The notes beneath the pieces were generated by a model, which made no database searches, was not told the DNA's origin, and was given only the letters and a program-made list of their open reading frames with translations. The position numbers and the translations under genes were made by a program. This document shows, one piece after another, positions 61,032 through 64,000 of a stretch of DNA of 64,000 nt (the first letter of the stretch is position 1; the number at the start of each line of letters is the position of its first letter). The DNA is from an uncultured delta proteobacterium (lineage in GTDB: Bacteria; Myxococcota_A; Polyangia; Polyangiales; Polyangiaceae): NCBI GenBank assembly GCA_963806225.1, contig CAWDXG010000004.1, positions 3,936,001-4,000,000 of the forward strand. Reading direction: 5' to 3'.

Positions 61032-61445
61032 TCAACGCGGCCGGACGGTTCCGAGCGACACGCTTTCCTGGAACAGGAGCACGGTCGTCGAGCCTGGCGA
61101 CATGGGCTGCGTGCTGCCCGCCTGCACTCCCGTCGCCTTGGCCGTGACGACGCTGCCCGCGGTGCCCAGGACTGCGAATTGCCCGGTCGGCCCCGTCTCG
61201 GTCATCGTGGAAACCATGTCGGTGCTGAACATCACGTAGGCGAGACACGGAACCGGCTGCGTCCCCGAGGAAACGCACGATGGGACGGCCTGGCCGCCTG
61301 CGGTCGCCGTGACGTGGGCGCTCGCAACGGGCTTTCCCGCGCAGTCCTCGACGGTGCCGATGGCCAATCCCAAGGTGAGGCTGCCGCGGAGCTGGGAGAC
61401 AGAGCCGACGAAGTTGCAGGTCAAGCACGGCGAAGCGTAGCGCAA
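61032..61445 (-). pseudogene. C-terminal fragment of a secreted protein (carboxypeptidase-regulatory-like fold)
   Basis: GTVEDCAGKPVASAHV...TETGPTGQF; no signal peptide or clear start. Confidence 0.45.
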
Positions 61446-61454
61446 TGCGCGATG

Positions 61455-61950
61455 CTACCCGGGCAGAGGTCCGAGTAGCTCGATTCTTGAATTTCTTGCC
61501 GAGACGGACCAGGCGGTCGACGTCCGGCGGCGCGGGAGGTGGCAGCTCGTCGCGCGGTGCGACGACGCCGGCCTCGCGCGCGAATTCCACGAAGCCGCCT
61601 GGGTCGCACAGCACTAGCATGCGGATCCCCGTGTCCGTCGCGAGGCCGTGGGCCGCGCCGCGCGGCAGGTGGACGTATCCACCCGGCACGACGGGGATGC
61701 TGCGGTCTTCGAGCACGACGGTGAGCTCGCCCTCGAGCAGGTAGAACGCCTCGTCCTCCTCGAGGTGACGATGGAACGGCGTGCGCGACCCGGCGGGCAG
61801 GCGCACCTCGATCAGACCGAACGGCGATGCGTCGCGCGAGCGTACCTTGACGGTGACGAGATGGTCGGTGAACCACACCTTCTCGCCCTCGCCCGGGCCG
61901 AGGATGACGGGCTCGCGCTTCGATGTTCCGACAGGTTCTGCGTGTTCCAT
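61455..61950 (-). CDS. Cupin (quercetin-dioxygenase-like) protein with a 1-bp insertion near the 3' end
   Basis: PFHRH..EDEAFYLLEG and PRGAAHG motifs. Removing one A from aagaatcgag (near 61485) restores KIELLGPLPG-TAG. Confidence 0.82.
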
Positions 61951-62019
61951 GGTCGCTCTCCTTCGTGCGGGGACACGCTTGTTGTAGCCGGACCGTTTTC
62001 GAACCGATAGTCTGCGAAA

Positions 62020-62913
62020 ATGCAAATGACTGGTCGGAAAACAGACCGCTTACCGCTCGCATGGGACGACCTGAGAACCGCGCTTTTCCTCGCGCGCGAT
62101 GGCTCGGTGCGCAGCGCAGCGCGTGCGCTCGGCGTCAGCCACTCCACGGTCCTGCGACGCATCGCCGCCCTGGAGCGCGCCGCGGGAGCGCGCCTGTTCG
62201 AGCGCAGCCCGGCAGGCGTCGAGCTGACACCGGCGGGACAGGACGTGTTCGACACGAGCAAGGAGGTGGAGGAGCTCGTGGTCGGACTCGAGCGACGCGT
62301 GACCGGCAGCGACGTGCGCCTCTCAGGCGCGATCCGCGTCACTCTGCCCGATCCGTTCCTGCCGGCGCTGATGCCCGAGCTCGGAGCGTTCGGCTGCGCC
62401 TATCCCGACATCGAGCTCGTGCTGGATGTCGGGACCCGCTACGCGGACCTCGCGCACCGCGAAGCCGATGTGGCGATCCGGATCGCCGCCGAGCCGCCAC
62501 CGGATCTGGTGGGACGCCGCATCGGCCAGGCGTCCGTGGGCGTGTACGGCACGAAAGGCTATCTCACAGGGCGCGACACGAAGAACCTCGGCAAGCTCGA
62601 CTGGATCCACTGGGAGGCCGACTCGAGCATGGTGTTCGAGCGCTGGATGCGCCAGCACGTGCCCGACGCTCGCGTCGCGCTGCGCGTCACCAGCGGCTGG
62701 GCGCTGCGCGACGCGGTCGAGGCGGGCCTCGGTGTCACCGTGATACCGTCGGCGCTCGGCGCGGCGCTGCGCGACGCCAAGCGCGTGCGGGTGGTGCGCG
62801 AGCTCGCCGCGCCGCTCTGGATCCTCACGCACCGCGACCTCCGCACCACGGCGCGCGTGAGGGTGTTCCGCGATTTCATGGCGGAGGCCATCGCGAAGAA
62901 GTCGTGGTTCTAG
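62020..62913 (+). CDS. LysR-family transcriptional regulator, divergent from the cupin gene
   Basis: WDDLR...GSVRSAARALGVSHSTVLRRI...LTPAG; READVAIR motif. Confidence 0.95.
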   Translation: MQMTGRKTDRLPLAWDDLRTALFLARDGSVRSAARALGVSHSTVLRRIAALERAAGARLFERSPAGVELTPAGQDVFDTSKEVEELVVGLERRVTGSDVRLSGAIRVTLPDPFLPALMPELGAFGCAYPDIELVLDVGTRYADLAHREADVAIRIAAEPPPDLVGRRIGQASVGVYGTKGYLTGRDTKNLGKLDWIHWEADSSMVFERWMRQHVPDARVALRVTSGWALRDAVEAGLGVTVIPSALGAALRDAKRVRVVRELAAPLWILTHRDLRTTARVRVFRDFMAEAIAKKSWF

Positions 62914-63067
62914 CGTTCCGGCGCTGCGCCTCCTGGGGTTGCTACATCGAGCGCGCCGACGCAGGGCGGGGAACGGCAGGGCACCCGGAAACGCTTGCCC
63001 TACCCGCGGCACAGTCTGGCGCAACGCTAGCTGTCGAAGGGCGCATTTCGGCGGGGGAGGTGCCGGC

Positions 63068-63886
63068 ATGCTTCATGCTTCGAGCGAGCGCATGCGATGC
63101 GTGGCTTGTGTGGGTTGGCTTGCGGCATGCGTGCTGGCTGCGGGGTGCGGCGGCGTGTCCGTCTCAAGCAACGGCGCCGGAACAGGCGGAAGCGGCGGCG
63201 CGAGCGGAAGCGGCGGCGTCGGCGGAAGCGGCGGCGTCGGCGGTAGCGGCGGCGTCGGCGGCAGTGGTGGCGCAGGCGGTAGCGGCGGCGTCGGCGGCAG
63301 TGGTGGCGCAGGCGGCGCAACGGCCTACTGCCCGGACTACTCGCTACCCCCGAAGAACTCCCAGCTATGCCGCTCGCAATCCGAGTGCCAGGTTGGCCAG
63401 GAGTGCATCGCACCGGGCGAGAGCTTCCCGAACTGCGGCGCCTGCTTGATGCCGAACCGCGACTGCGAGACGAGCACCGACTGCACGAAGGGCAACGTCT
63501 GCGTCGAGTACGACACGCCGTGCTCGTGCACTGGCGAGCTGTCGAGCAAGTGCGTCGCTCCGTGCAGCAACACCTCGTGCAGCGCGGACCAGCGCTGCAA
63601 CAACAGCACCGGGCTGTGCGAGCCGGCACCGTGCAGCACCGGCTACGCGTGCCCGACCGACTGGCGTTGCGCGGCGGGCAACGTCTCCACCGACGCGCAC
63701 GGTTGCGAGCCGATCCCCTGCGACCAGGGGTACATGTGCCCCGAGAACACGCGCTGCAAACCCGGCACGGGCAACCACGGCTGCAGCCGGCTGTCGTGCC
63801 AGCACGATACGGAGTGCGACTGCGGCGCGTGCGTCAAGGGCTACTGCGCCGCAGGCCCGGGCACCTGCGAGTACCTGGCGGGATAG
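63068..63886 (+). CDS. Cys-rich lipoprotein with a (GGSGGV)n linker
   Basis: AAGC lipobox and dense Cys repeats; start may be 63068 or 63092. Confidence 0.8.
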   Translation: MLHASSERMRCVACVGWLAACVLAAGCGGVSVSSNGAGTGGSGGASGSGGVGGSGGVGGSGGVGGSGGAGGSGGVGGSGGAGGATAYCPDYSLPPKNSQLCRSQSECQVGQECIAPGESFPNCGACLMPNRDCETSTDCTKGNVCVEYDTPCSCTGELSSKCVAPCSNTSCSADQRCNNSTGLCEPAPCSTGYACPTDWRCAAGNVSTDAHGCEPIPCDQGYMCPENTRCKPGTGNHGCSRLSCQHDTECDCGACVKGYCAAGPGTCEYLAG

Positions 63887-64000
63887 CGTCGGCAGGCGGC
63901 GCGAGGCCTCGCGTCGTGCGGGGAGCGGCGGCGCGCAGCGAGCGCGGCTCGAATAGTGGTATGCCGCACCGCGTGAAACTTTCGCGCGACGCCGACCCGG

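Noticed and set aside
60898..62025. 375-aa extended cupin
   Set aside because: The extension results from a 1-bp insertion near 61485; the corrected gene ends at 61455.

Overview
A high-GC window from a myxobacterium, most likely Polyangiaceae/Sorangiineae, judged from a MYXO-CTERM protein, Gly/Cys-rich lipoproteins, a Ser/Thr kinase and an AgmX-type domain. The first ~28.7 kb is mostly core genes: the end of a LamB-like porin, an OmpA/TSP3 protein, pntAA-AB-B, a GH13 amylase, an acyl-CoA dehydrogenase, aroC, an NTP-transferase plus two CDP-alcohol phosphotransferases, and a MalK-MalEF-MalG transporter. Two features stand out there: a rhodanese lipoprotein with an in-frame TGA followed by a clear SECIS-like hairpin (probable selenoprotein, CxxxxUxxC), and a stand-alone nitrogenase-like H/D/K-type operon that lacks FeMo-co ligands and has an unknown N-terminal domain. 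From ~28.7 kb to the end is an accessory mosaic of small genes and fragments. It contains diverged remnants of the 3' ends of three different 'anchor' genes between inserted genes, four co-oriented copies of a ~150-bp structured element, and six copies of the palindrome CCGCGCCGGCGCGG around an HNH endonuclease gene. It also holds an internally deleted IS1202-like element with a 16-bp target duplication and two back-to-back deletion junctions. Three single-base frameshifts and two catalytic Asp->Asn changes in the same sequence context look like consensus errors and need read-level checking. No rRNA, tRNA or CRISPR array was seen. All family calls come from motif recognition by eye, not database searches.
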